Below are positions 1 through 11,451 of a stretch of DNA of 64,000 bases, one piece after another. Source of the stretch: Octopus sinensis (lineage: Eukaryota); assembly GCF_006345805.1 (NCBI RefSeq), contig NC_043001.1, positions 98,022,001-98,086,000 on the forward strand. The letters run 5' to 3'. The notes under the pieces were generated by a model. That model ran no database searches. It saw only the letters and a list, made by a program, of their open reading frames with translations, and was not told the DNA's origin. The position numbers were made by a program, and so were the translations under genes. Each line of letters starts with the position of its first letter. Positions within the stretch are counted from its first letter, which is position 1.

Positions 1-307
1 TGTGTCAGAGGAGGTGAATATATAAGTAGTTATCCATAGATGAAAATATTTGAATATATTGGGAATCATTTCTTCATATAAGCATTCTCAAGGTATTATG
101 TTGTGTTAGAGTATATGTACATATAGAAGCACTCTTTCATCCCTCCTCTCTCTCTCTCTCACATACACAAACACACATACACTCACGCAAAACGCACATA
201 TGTACACATACCTATACATACGCACACGCGCACACACACGCACAAACATATGGGAGTATGTGCTTACAAATTTTTGTGGATTTGAGTCTATATATACGTA
301 TAGATGT

Positions 308-566
308 GGAGGCGCGTGGCTTAGCTGTTAGGGTGTCAGCACCATGATCGTAAGATTGTGGTTTCGATTCCTGGACCGGGCGACGCGTTGTTTTCTTGAG
401 CAAAACACTTCATTTCACGTTGCTCCAGTCCACTCAGCTGGCAAAAAGGAGTAACGCTGCGATGGACTGGCGTCCCGTCCAGCTGGGCAACACATACGCC
501 ATTGAAACCGGGAAACCGGGCCCATGAGCCTGGCTAGGCTTTAAAAGGGCGCATTTATTTATTATT
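308..566 (+). mobile_element. tRNA-derived SINE, family A (tail ...GCTTTAAAAGGGCGCATTTA)
   Basis: Pol III A-box-like TGGCTTAGCTGTTAG and B-box-like GGTTTCGATTCC; central box CTTGAGCAAAACACTTCATTTCACGTTGCTCCAGTCCACTCAGCTGG; near-identical copies at 3578-3827 and 34187-34440. Confidence 0.9.
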
Positions 567-823
567 ATGTCTGTATATATATCGACGACACAACACACTT
601 GATTGGTTAGGATATTCGCTTTGATATCCCGAGCTACAACGTGAAGTTTTATTGCATAACATCTTGGAGCAATTATGAATTATACTAACATCAAGAGATG
701 CACATCTTTTGAGTAAAATGACATTGAAAGAAACTTGGGAACCCTATTGGAGAGATTGTAAATCATAGGATTGTAACTAACGCTACCAACCTTGTCTCAC
801 AATCTCCATACTGATTGTATCTT

Positions 824-1568
824 CTTTATTTACAGCCCACAAGGGGCTAAACACAGAGAGCACAAACGTGGACAGACAAAGGGATTAAGTCGATTACATC
901 GAACCCAATGAGTAACTGGTACTTAATTTATCGACCCCGAAAGGATGAAAAGCAAGTCGACCTCGGCGAAATTTTAACTCTGAACGTAATGGCAAACGAA
1001 ATACCTATTTCTTTACTACCCACAAGGGGCAAGCACCGAGGGACAGACAAGGACAGAAAACGGATTAAGTCGATTACATCGAACCCAGTGCGTAACTAGT
1101 ACATAATTTATCGACCCCGAAGGATGAAAGGCAAAGTCGATCGGCGGAATTTGAACTCGGAACGTAACGGCAGCCAAAATGCCTCGAAGCATTTCGTACG
1201 GCGTGCTAACGTTTCTTATTTCTTTATTGCCCACAAGGGACTGAACATAGAGGGGACAAAAGTCGACCTCGGCGGAATTTGAAATCAGAACGTAAAGACA
1301 GACAAAATGCCGTTAAAGCGTTTCGCCTGGCATGCTAACGTTCCTTGTTTCTTTATTGCCTAAAAAGGGCTAAAAATAGAGGGGACAAACAAGGGGGTTA
1401 AGTTGATTACATCGACCCCAGTGCGTAACCGGTACTAATTTATCGACCCCGAAAAGATGAAAGGCAAAGTCGACCTCGGCGGAATTTGAACTCACAACGT
1501 AACGGCAGACGAAATACCGCTAAGCGTTTCGCCCAGCGTGCTAACATTTCAGCCAGCTCGTCGCCTTC
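824..1568 (-). mobile_element. Head-to-tail array of four family-B SINE units, bounded by one 13-bp TSD
   Basis: Repeated GTCGACCTCGGCGGAATTTGAACTC / TTTATCGACCCCGAAAGGATGAAAGGC units; CTGATTGTATCTT at 811-823 and 1569-1581. Confidence 0.9.
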
Positions 1569-2097
1569 CTGATTGTATCTTACGATGATATTAATGATGC
1601 ATAATGTTTAGAACACTATGGTATTTAGCAGGAATATCACTTGATTCAGTAATGGAAAGTTCATCGCCGAAACCGACGAAAATCCTTTTATTTTAGTTAC
1701 GAATAAACATAAGTGGAATTATAAACACGAATATTATATTATATTGCAATACTCTCTGTATGGTAATATAAGTGAATATATGCAAATGCTATGTAATGCA
1801 TTTGTGCATACATATATTAACTGAATTTCACTTTCATAAACAAAAAACATCATCAATGACTAGACGTTGAAAAAACGAGTTTGTTAATTCTCTCACAGAT
1901 ATATTGGAATTAACACATTGTCTAGTCATAGGCATATAATCACAAAATAACACTCATAACTTTTTTTTAAGAGTTAACGTATTCACAACTATGATATTAG
2001 TCTGAAATTTTCAGAGTGAACGAGGTCAAAGAACTCGGAAATTTCGAAAAACATGTAGAAAAAGAAACATGATTTGAGATATTGGTTTCAAATAATG

Positions 2098-2660
2098 TCA
2101 CAAGGCCAGTATTTAAGGGGTGGGGCAAGTCGATTATATCGATCCTGTATCCAACTGGTAAAGATTTTATCGAACCTGAAAGGATAAAAGGCAAAGAGTG
2201 TCTCGGCGGAATTTGAACCTCGAACGTAGACAGACGAAATTACGCGAAGCATTTTCTCTGGCGCAGTAACGATTCTGCCTGCTCATTGCCTTCATAACTT
2301 GAAATATTCTTTTCTACTCTTGGCGAAAGCCCGAAATTTTGGTGGGATCGGGCCAGTCGATTCGATCGACCCCACTACACAACTGGCATTTAATTTATCG
2401 ACCCGAAAGGATGAAAGGCAAAGTCGACCTCGGCGGAATTTGAACTAAGAGCATAAAGACAGACGAAACACCACTAAGCATTTCTTTCGGCGTGCCAGAT
2501 CACCGCCTTGAAAAGTAAATTTGACCTAGGCGGAATTTGAACTCATAACGTAAGGAAATAATAATCATTTCTATTATAGGCACAAGGCCTGAAGTTTGCG
2601 CGGAGAATACTAGTCGATTGCATCGATCCCAGTACACAACTATTACTTGATATATCGACT
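2098..2660 (-). mobile_element. Cluster of older, diverged family-B-type SINE fragments
   Basis: Degenerate GAAAGGATGAAAGGCAAAGTCGACCTCGGCGGAATTTGAAC motifs; alternative GGCACAAGGCC(C/T)GAA tail. Confidence 0.75.
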
Positions 2661-3017
2661 CCTTTACGATTTCAAAAATTTCTGATATTATCTCCCTTTC
2701 GGTTTCCATATCTTCTTCATCTTAACTAATTTTATAGTTGCTATATTTTCTATAATTTCTCTTCCACATTTTTCGCCAAGGCATATTTTTCTCACCAACT
2801 TAACCTATTAACTATGAGCTTCGTCTCTATACAACATCAGCGCCGCCGATTCCCTCCCTCCATTAATATGCTTCCATGCATCCTTTTTCAGCACTTCTTG
2901 TTCCACCGTCCTCCATATTTATGCATGTACACTCACATGTTCACCTTTCTATACTTTTCATTTACCGCTTTCTTTTCTTCTTTCTCTCACGCCACACTCC
3001 CGCCTCACTTTCTCTCC

Positions 3018-3086
<69 letters not shown>
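3018..3086. repeat. (TATC)n microsatellite
   Basis: Direct reading. Confidence 0.98.
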
Positions 3087-3087
<1 letters not shown>

Positions 3088-3577
3088 ATAATATATAAAA
3101 CATGATTCACCAGTACATTTGTATATACTGTATGTGTGTTGTAACATGTACTTCATATGTATAAATATGTTCATGCATTTTTATATGTGCGATTTCCTAT
3201 ATATTCTTTATATCCTAGTTTCTATGCACTTTTTCTTAAGCTGCTACATGTGCTTGTTTGGTATGAATGGTTCAATACAATTTCCCCGTGTTTAGATGCT
3301 CCTACGCATACTAGCGTTTATGTCAATGAATATTAATGTTGTCAACTTCCAATGTATACACTTCAACCAATAAGCATTAAAAATAATCATAAAATACAAA
3401 CATATGTTACATGAAATATGATAGAATATTTACCAAGTATGGAATAGCTGAAAACATGATTAAAAATTGCATTAATCAAAACACGAGTTGCACCTCTCCA
3501 AATCATCAAGAACATTTTAATAATATAATAGAAAAACTTGAATTAAAAAGATACCTTTCTCAATTAAATAAATGATA

Positions 3578-3827
3578 TTAAATGCGCCCTTTTAAAGCCT
3601 AACCAGGCTCATGGGCTCGGTTTCCCGGTTCTATGGCGTATGTGTTCGCCAGCTGGACGGGACGCCAGTCCATCGCAGCGTTACTCATTTTTGCCAGCTG
3701 AGTGGACTGGAGCAGCGTTAAATGAAGTGTTTTGCTCAAGAACACGACGCGTCGCCCGGTCCAGGAATCTAAACCACAATCTTACGATCATGGTGCTGAC
3801 ACCCTAACAACTAAGCCACGCGCCTCT
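3578..3827 (-). mobile_element. tRNA-derived SINE, family A
   Basis: Reverse complement of 308-566 with few substitutions. Confidence 0.9.
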
Positions 3828-4708
3828 ACTATCTTTCTCAATAACAAACTCCAAATATATAAACTTTGAGTCTTAATGATTGAAGCTGACATATAATTGA
3901 AATGTAACTAAAACTTCTTGAATTTGTGGTAAATCCTCTTTAACTGGACATCGCTATGAAACTCTGTCAATGTATTTGCTTCAGGAAGGAATTAGAAAAC
4001 GCTCCGCTTCATCACGTAAGAAAAACACAGACATAATTTTTATTATATAAACTTCCGCAATTTTACAACTTCAATTCACAAGGCTCCACGTCTTAGGGTT
4101 CAGGCGATAATTTAAGGCTGGCTTTAATATACTGTTGGAAACGTTTAAGTGTCTTAATAAATTTGAGCGATAACGTCCACCAAAAACATAGTGGCAAACT
4201 GCAAAATGGAATAGTAACGTACGGTATTAACAGTTACCTCACAGAGATAAGACTTTACAGAGTGACTCAAACAAATAGGTATGCGCTCAAAGTGCTCAAA
4301 TTGCTATGCAACTAAAATTCCGATTTGAAGTGATGTTGGAAATGCGATTTTGTGATTGCTTTTCTTAAGCGGTTAGCTGTTGCATTTCGTTGAGCTGTTA
4401 GGTAAATTTTGAAGCAGAAAAGAAATGGCAAGTTATTTGCCAAGACTTGAAATGGTCATTTAATTTATCTTATGTAATGATAATATATATGGATGTGAGT
4501 TGGAGGATGCGTGTATGTATTAATGTTTGCTTCTATATTCAGTTATAATACAGCAGTTTTACATTAATCTATGTGTTACTTTATATTTTTGTACAGTACG
4601 AACTTATTACTCTCCAAAAAAAAAGAAATATTGATAGTGAATTCCGAGGTGCGACCAGCAAATCGACGATTACTTAGCTGATCGAAACTTCGATGTACAT
4701 ACATATAT

Positions 4709-5110
4709 ATCAGGCTGAGTAAGAAGTAAGCAACATTTTGAAACTTGATATTCATCACAATATATTTCACCAATGCCGAACTTTTATTCATCTAAGTAAG
4801 TACCTTTACAATCAACACATTTTTGCCAACGAGATTGTTTGTTCCGCTAACACAAAAGTTTGGAGTTCTGGAGCTGGTGAACTCTTTGAACGCGCTCTCA
4901 GCATTAGTCTGATTTTTGAACTCATTCTTTCGCAGGAAACCATCAAAGTGCTTGAAAAGTAGCAGTCGAGAGGAGAAAGGTCTGGGTAATAAACTGAGTA
5001 GGTAAGAACCTCGTAGCCAAGTTCCCTCAACTTCTGGAATGTCATTAATGAAATGTGTGGTTGAGCGGCCCTCTTGTGTTGACCAGACCCGAAGGAGAAG
5101 TAGCACTTTT
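4709..5110 (-). mobile_element. Mariner transposase C-terminal remnant (Hsmar1/cecropia-like)
   Basis: KLRELGYEVLTYSVYYPDLSPLDCY and FKHFDGFLRKNEFKNQ...AFKEF resemble mariner LNELGYEVLPHPPYSPDLSPTDYHFFKHLDNFL; frameshifted. Confidence 0.8.
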
Positions 5111-5912
5111 GGTATCTATAAGCTCAAAAGAGTGGCAGGTAACGCTAGCTGAAGGGATATCCCAGAAACAGCTGTAAGACTATATATCTCTATCATTATA
5201 AATATCCTGAAAACTCCTAACAGCCTTGGTTTTGCTATCTCTTTTTGTCTAATATATATATATATAAGGTGGGTGTTATGTTTGCTTGTATATTCAGTTA
5301 TAATAAAAGCAATTTTATACAAATCTACGGGTTACTTTATACTTTTGCAGAGTATAAATTTAATACGCTCATTAGTTGGCTGAGAAACAAAAACGTGAAT
5401 ATCTCAGTAACAGTTTTAGTGATGTCTTTGCAGCTTTATTAATAAAACATATTACTCTAACCTCTGGTATTCGAGTACTATATTTCTACTTTGTTTCATA
5501 CCTATATGCTTACTCTGGTGTGTACGAAACAATCCTTCAAATAGGTGTCTTAAACATCCAATCCAGTGGCACGTCATTTGGATAACATATAAATATTGGT
5601 ATAGTTTAATTATAAAGATAATTTAAATTTAGAGATATACTATTGAAAATCCAGTAATTCATTTATATTATAATATTAGATTAAATGCTATGAATATGAT
5701 ATAAAATAACAATATTATGTAACGTAAATAATTGTAAAAACCATAAAAGCCCAATACATTGTTTCGACTTCTATTTTTTCTGATATAGAGAATCACAGTT
5801 CCATTATATTTAAAGTTACATCAGGGTCATGTTTTAGAAAAACACGAAATTCCGTGTTAAAGGACGGCTGGATTGTAAAAATTTATCTTTATATATATAT
5901 ATGTATATATAT

Positions 5913-6125
5913 AAAGTTAATCAAAACAAGAAGGCACAAAAAAACACAACAACGCGAGGACGTGGAACAAATATAGTATTATTGGTCGCTCGGGAAAGAA
6001 GAAAAGAAGGAGGGCTTAACGTTTCGAGCGGAGCTCTTCGTCGGAAACATAGGAGAAGGAAAGATCCAGAGAAGGGAAGACAGAGGACAAAAATCGCCAA
6101 CGGTACACACACGGTCACATTTTGA
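5913..6125 (-). mobile_element. ~215-bp PLE-like terminal-repeat remnant inside (TA)n, with hammerhead-like motif at 6014-6048
   Basis: Homologous to 35864-36080 and 48167-48375; minus strand reads GTTT-CCGACGA-A-GAGC-TCC-GCTC-GAAA-CG-T-T-AAGC. Confidence 0.65.
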
Positions 6126-6133
6126 ATATATAT

Positions 6134-6195
<62 letters not shown>

Positions 6196-6201
<6 letters not shown>

Positions 6202-6542
6202 CATGTATGTATATGTGTGTGTTTGTATGTATATATGCGTATTTATATATGTATACATATATATACATACATACATACATACATACATACATACGCATAT
6301 ACATACACGATATGTACGCATCTCTTTGTGTAAGTAAATTTTGTTTATCTGCACAAATAACATATTTCTGGTTCACTTTCCAGTGTATTAAAGGGATTTG
6401 AAATTCATGCACTAAAATTACCCGACGTTAACGGAAATTTGTAGAGCATTCCAAGGAATCTCACGACAACACTTTAGATATACATTTCGTTTTATTGTCA
6501 TCATCATTATTATTACTACTATTATTATTATTTTCATCATCA

Positions 6543-6597
<55 letters not shown>

Positions 6598-6647
6598 TAT
6601 TATTATTATTATTATTAGCAATGCTAGTAGTAGTAGTAGTAGTTGTT

Positions 6648-6707
<60 letters not shown>

Positions 6708-6803
6708 ATTTCGTCATCATCATCTTACAGCTCAGTTTGAAACATTCCGGTACGAAAGTCTAGGTGTCTCAGCAAATTCTACTGTATTCTCATTTAAGAA
6801 TAC

Positions 6804-6805
<2 letters not shown>
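6196..6805 (+). repeat. Direct duplication, copy 1 (copy 2 at 7352-7980); contains (TACA)n, (ATT)n and (GTA)n
   Basis: Non-microsatellite sequence reads identical in both copies; ORF track shows the same translations. Confidence 0.92.
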
Positions 6806-6869
<64 letters not shown>

Positions 6870-7313
6870 ATGTGTGTGTATATATATGTACATATATATA
6901 TATATAATTTATGGCTTGCACGTTTAACTACCAGATTCACTGAGACAAGATTTTGACATTCTGTCCTATGATTTCTTTTGATATTCGGACTTCCGCTTCA
7001 ATCTTAATATAAAGTTTTCAATATCGCTTTGCTACCACTTGCTGACACATTCGTGCTTCTCTGCTAGATGTTACATATTAGCCTCTGTCATTTCTTATTT
7101 GCCTACAAATGAAGCCTGTTCTCTAGTATATACCGTGACACTTTCTGCTTTGTATCACTAGTAATACATCCATGCATACGTACATGCATAAGCATACACG
7201 CACGTACACACGCGCACACATATATATATATACATATACACGCATATGCATATATATATACACATGTACTAACATTTATATAAACATATACATATTTATG
7301 TATGTACATATAT

Positions 7314-7351
<38 letters not shown>

Positions 7352-7357
<6 letters not shown>

Positions 7358-7980
7358 CATGTATGTATATGTGTGTGTTGTATGTATATATGCGTATTTA
7401 TATATGTATACATATATATACATACATACATACATACATACATACATACATACATACATACATACATACATACATACATACATACATACATACATACATA
7501 CATACATACATACATACATACATACATACATACGCATATACATACACGATATGTACGCATCTCTTTGTGTAAGTAAATTTTGTTTATCTGCACAAATAAC
7601 ATATTTCTGGTTCACTTTCCAGTGTATTAAAGGGATTTGAAATTCATGCACTAAAATTACCCGACGTTAACGGAAATTTGTAGAGCATTCCAAGGAATCT
7701 CACGACAACACTTTAGATATACATTTCGTTTTATTGTCATCATCATTATTATTACTACTATTATTATTATTTTCATCATCATCATTATTATTACTACTAT
7801 TATTATTATTTTCATCATCATCATTATTATTATTATTATATTATTATTATTATTAGCAATGCTAGTAGTAGTAGTAGTAGTGATTTCGTCATCATCATCT
7901 TACAGCTCAGTTTGAAACATTCCGGTACGAAAGTCTAGGTGTCTCAGCAAATTCTACTGTATTCTCATTTAAGAATACAT
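7352..7980 (+). repeat. Direct duplication, copy 2
   Basis: See 6196-6805; only the microsatellite tracts differ. Confidence 0.92.
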
Positions 7981-8019
7981 ATATATATATAATATATCTC
8001 TGTATGTATATATATATAT

Positions 8020-8230
8020 ATGTGTGTGTGTGTGTTCGTCCCCCACCCCTAACATCGCTTGACAACCGATGCTGGTGTATCTATGTCTCCGTAACATAGC
8101 GGTTCGGCATAGAAACCGATGGAATAAATATCAGGTTTAGAAAGAATAAGTCCTGGGGTCGGTTTGTTTGACTAAATGTGGTGTTCCAGCATGGCTTCAG
8201 TCAAATGACTAAAACAATAAAATAATAAAA
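8020..8230 (+). mobile_element. 3' half of a family-F SINE
   Basis: CATCGCTTGACAACCGATGCTGGTG...GGTGTTCCAGCATGG..CAGTCAAATGACT tail. Confidence 0.8.
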
Positions 8231-8268
8231 GAATATGTATATATTTACATATATATACATACAAGTTA

Positions 8269-8466
8269 AAATTATAATTAAGGGTAACTAAGATACCACC
8301 ATGATAGATATAGCAGCCAAAACTTGACTCTAAAACCACATTAAATGTTCATATATCACCAGGAGAGAAGACAAAGAGACAAAATAAACTAGCAAAAAAT
8401 TAATGTATAATTCCAGATCCCGGATATTTAGCATGGTGGTATCTTATATACCCTTAATTATAATTT
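8269..8466. repeat. 35-bp inverted repeat pair (8269-8303 / 8432-8466), PLE-tail-like
   Basis: AAATTATAATTAAGGGTAACTAAGATACCACCATG versus its near-perfect reverse complement. Confidence 0.8.
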
Positions 8467-8549
8467 CGATAATAATAATTATTACCTATGAGGTTTTTGT
8501 TCCCATGCTAGCCACTTGATATGATCGGTATTTTAAATAACGATCTATC

Positions 8550-8587
<38 letters not shown>

Positions 8588-9560
8588 TATGCGCGTGTGT
8601 GTGTACGATACTATGTGTATAGTTCTATAGACTGTTGAAACTTCTTATATCCATGTAAATTTTGGGCAGTTTAATATCGCTAATACGTCATTAATTTATA
8701 TAATGAAAGGTGTTTACTTCTCAGAGCCTGCATATTTTGTAACCGTAATAGTACATATTAGATTTTCTTCCGAATTGCATGATATTTCTGTTACTAACGT
8801 TTTGTAAGTTACACTTGTTATTGTAAGCCTGGATTATGTTGCGGTTATGTCTGTAACGCAATACTGTATGTGTATCTAAGCAGAGATGATGTTCTATATC
8901 ATATTCGTCCTAAGGTAATTTTTAATATTTTCGTATTCAGCTAAAGTTATCCGAATCTAGGTTTGACAGGTTTATAACAATCATTTGTGGAGAAATATCA
9001 TTTTTCGCTTTATCGCAACATTTCGTATGTCTTTCCGGAAGTTGCCTGACAGAGTTAATTTATTTGTAAAGAAAGCTTTTGAAACGATTAAGTACCCAAT
9101 TCTGATTTATTTCTGTTTCAGACGTTTTGCATGATTGCTGATTTGACTCAGTTGTATATCGTGAGATTCTTTCTCCTTTTCCTGCTCCGGGATTTATTTT
9201 CATTCGATTCCTTGTGAATCGTGTTGTTCTCACACTTAGTAAAATGACAAATAGAGAAACGCCATATGAAATAGATACAATAATTTCTAATCTCGCCCAG
9301 CTTATCAGATCTTAACTATTTGCTATTTCTATGTATAATAGCGTGTTTCCTCAAAGAGAATGGAGAATGAGACGAAAACGAACAAAAATTGTTCGAGAAA
9401 GTTCTACTTTAGCCAAGTGATAAAAGTATCAATAATTTTGCAAATATAAATTTTACTGAAATAAAGTTAAACAAAAATAATTTAGTTTAAGCAGCGTCTC
9501 ATAATACAGTAGTTTTAAAATTTTATTTCATTGTTGCGTTTTTTTTTAAACAAATACTTA

Positions 9561-9883
9561 AGGAGCACTCCGTCGGTTACGACGAAGAGGGTCCCAGCTG
9601 ATACAATCAATGAAACAGCTTGCTCGTGAAACTAACGTGCAAGTGACTGAGCAATCCACAGACACGTGAACCCATAACGTACTTCTCAGTGAGATTTATC
9701 GTGACACAGTTTATGACAAGGTCGGCCCTTTGAAATACAGATACAACTCATTTTTGCCAGCTGGGTGGACTGGAGCAACGGGAAATAAAGTGTCTTGCTC
9801 AAGGACACAACGCGTCCTCGGGAATTGAACTCACGACCTTATAATCGTGAGCCGAATGCACTAACCACTAAGCTACGCGCCTT
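9561..9883 (-). mobile_element. tRNA-derived SINE, family D (tail ...GACGGAGTGCTCC)
   Basis: tRNA-like head and same central box as family A; second copy at 40493-40793. Confidence 0.85.
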
Positions 9884-9895
9884 ATCTCAATACGA

Positions 9896-10020
<125 letters not shown>

Positions 10021-10340
10021 ATTATATAATTAGGGCTTAGTAAAATAAATTACTTTGCCACATACTGAACTTAGTAGAAATAGCAGCCAAAAAACATTTT
10101 CTTAGCATTTCTACTACTTAAAAAACATTTCTCTCAGATAATGTTTACTACAGACAGCTCACGAAGGTTTGGGGGTAAATATTTACCCCCAAACCTTCGT
10201 GAGCTGTCTATAGTAAACATTATCTGAGAGAAATTTTCTTTAAGTAGTAGAAATGCTAAGAAAATGTTTTTTGGCTGCTATTTCTACTAAGTTCAGTATG
10301 TGGCAAAGTAATTTATTTTACTAAGCCCTAATTATATAAT
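10021..10340. repeat. 320-bp spacerless palindrome
   Basis: Centre GGGGGTAAAT|ATTTACCCCC at 10180/10181; three mismatches counted by eye over 160 bp. Confidence 0.95.
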
Positions 10341-10434
10341 GTAATATTTTGAATTCGCCTTAAATGGTCCTTTTACATACTGAACACTTGGTGAAATTGA
10401 TTAATTAATTAATTTTACCCTCAAATGTTGATAT

Positions 10435-10477
<43 letters not shown>

Positions 10478-10478
10478 T

Positions 10479-10520
<42 letters not shown>

Positions 10521-11164
10521 AAGCTAATTATATTAATCAATATTGTAATTATATACTTTTGTTGAAAGCACGCCGTTGTCATCATTGCCTTTAAAATTTC
10601 AGAAGCGGATTACAACTACCAGCTACGTATTAGGATCTCGTGATGACGCATTCTCTTACTAAAGGAGTATCCCGAGCCTTCCATGCTGTAAAGGTCAACG
10701 CCGAAAATATATCGTGCAGGAAAAGACCAATTAGTCTCCTCTACATGCAGCTGTAACTGCAACTAGCATTTAACTTTTTACACAACTTGATGGTTTTGTG
10801 ACCTCCTACTTTTTTTATGGTATGTGATACACAGGACATATTTCCCTGGCGTCTTAGCGTTATATATGATGCATATTCTCAATTCATTTTGAACGACATG
10901 AGTAATTGGAGACTTAAGAAGGGGAAGCTTTATATTATTCAGAACGCATGAAACAAGAGCTAATTAAACTTAAAAACATACATGGACGTTTAGGGCAAAC
11001 TTATGAAAATGCTTTGTGCGGGTAGAGGGTTAATTCTTTTGGGCTTTTTTCTACGCCTTGAATCTATATATCTCTATTTTTGTATTGGGAATATCTTCAA
11101 TCAAAATAGTTTCGGTTTTGTACATTATTGCTTGTGGTTGTAATCATAATTTTTTCGTTCCTTC

Positions 11165-11451
11165 TCTAGCCATGTCTGGCTCATAAGTGCCGGTTTCCCA
11201 GTTTCCTTAGCATATAGGTTCTCCACCTGGACGGGTCCCCGGTCCGTCGCAGGTGAGCTGCAAGGAGCAGGTGGAAAGAGTGAGAGAAAGTTGTGGCTAA
11301 AGAGTCAGCAGAAGTTCGACATGACCTTCTGCCAGAGCCCCGTGGAGCTTAGGTATTTCGCTCATAAACACACACATCGCCTGGTCTGAGATTCGAACCC
11401 GCGATCCCTCGACCGCGAGTCCGCTACTCTCCCACTAGGCTATGTGCCTCC
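11165..11451 (-). mobile_element. tRNA-derived SINE, family E head with family-A-type tail
   Basis: Head homologous to 40853 and 56031; tail resembles GAAACCGG...ATGAGCC..GCTAG. Confidence 0.75.

Noticed and set aside
308-380. tRNA-like sequences here and at other SINE heads
   Set aside because: They have A/B boxes but no complete cloverleaf and continue into SINE bodies, so they are SINE heads rather than tRNA genes.
824-1568. Repeat-spacer-like periodicity suggestive of a CRISPR array
   Set aside because: The units are 130-220-bp SINE copies in a eukaryotic context, with no unique spacers or cas genes.
2015-2077. Possible terminal exon after TTTTCAG (SERGQRTRKFRKTCRKRNMI*)
   Set aside because: Short, no recognisable homology and no partner exons; cannot be supported without RNA data.
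5149-5180. Hammerhead-like CTGAA-GGGATATCCC-AGAAA-CAGCTG-TA
   Set aside because: The core is incomplete and helix I does not pair. It may be a decayed sixth family but is not supportable alone.
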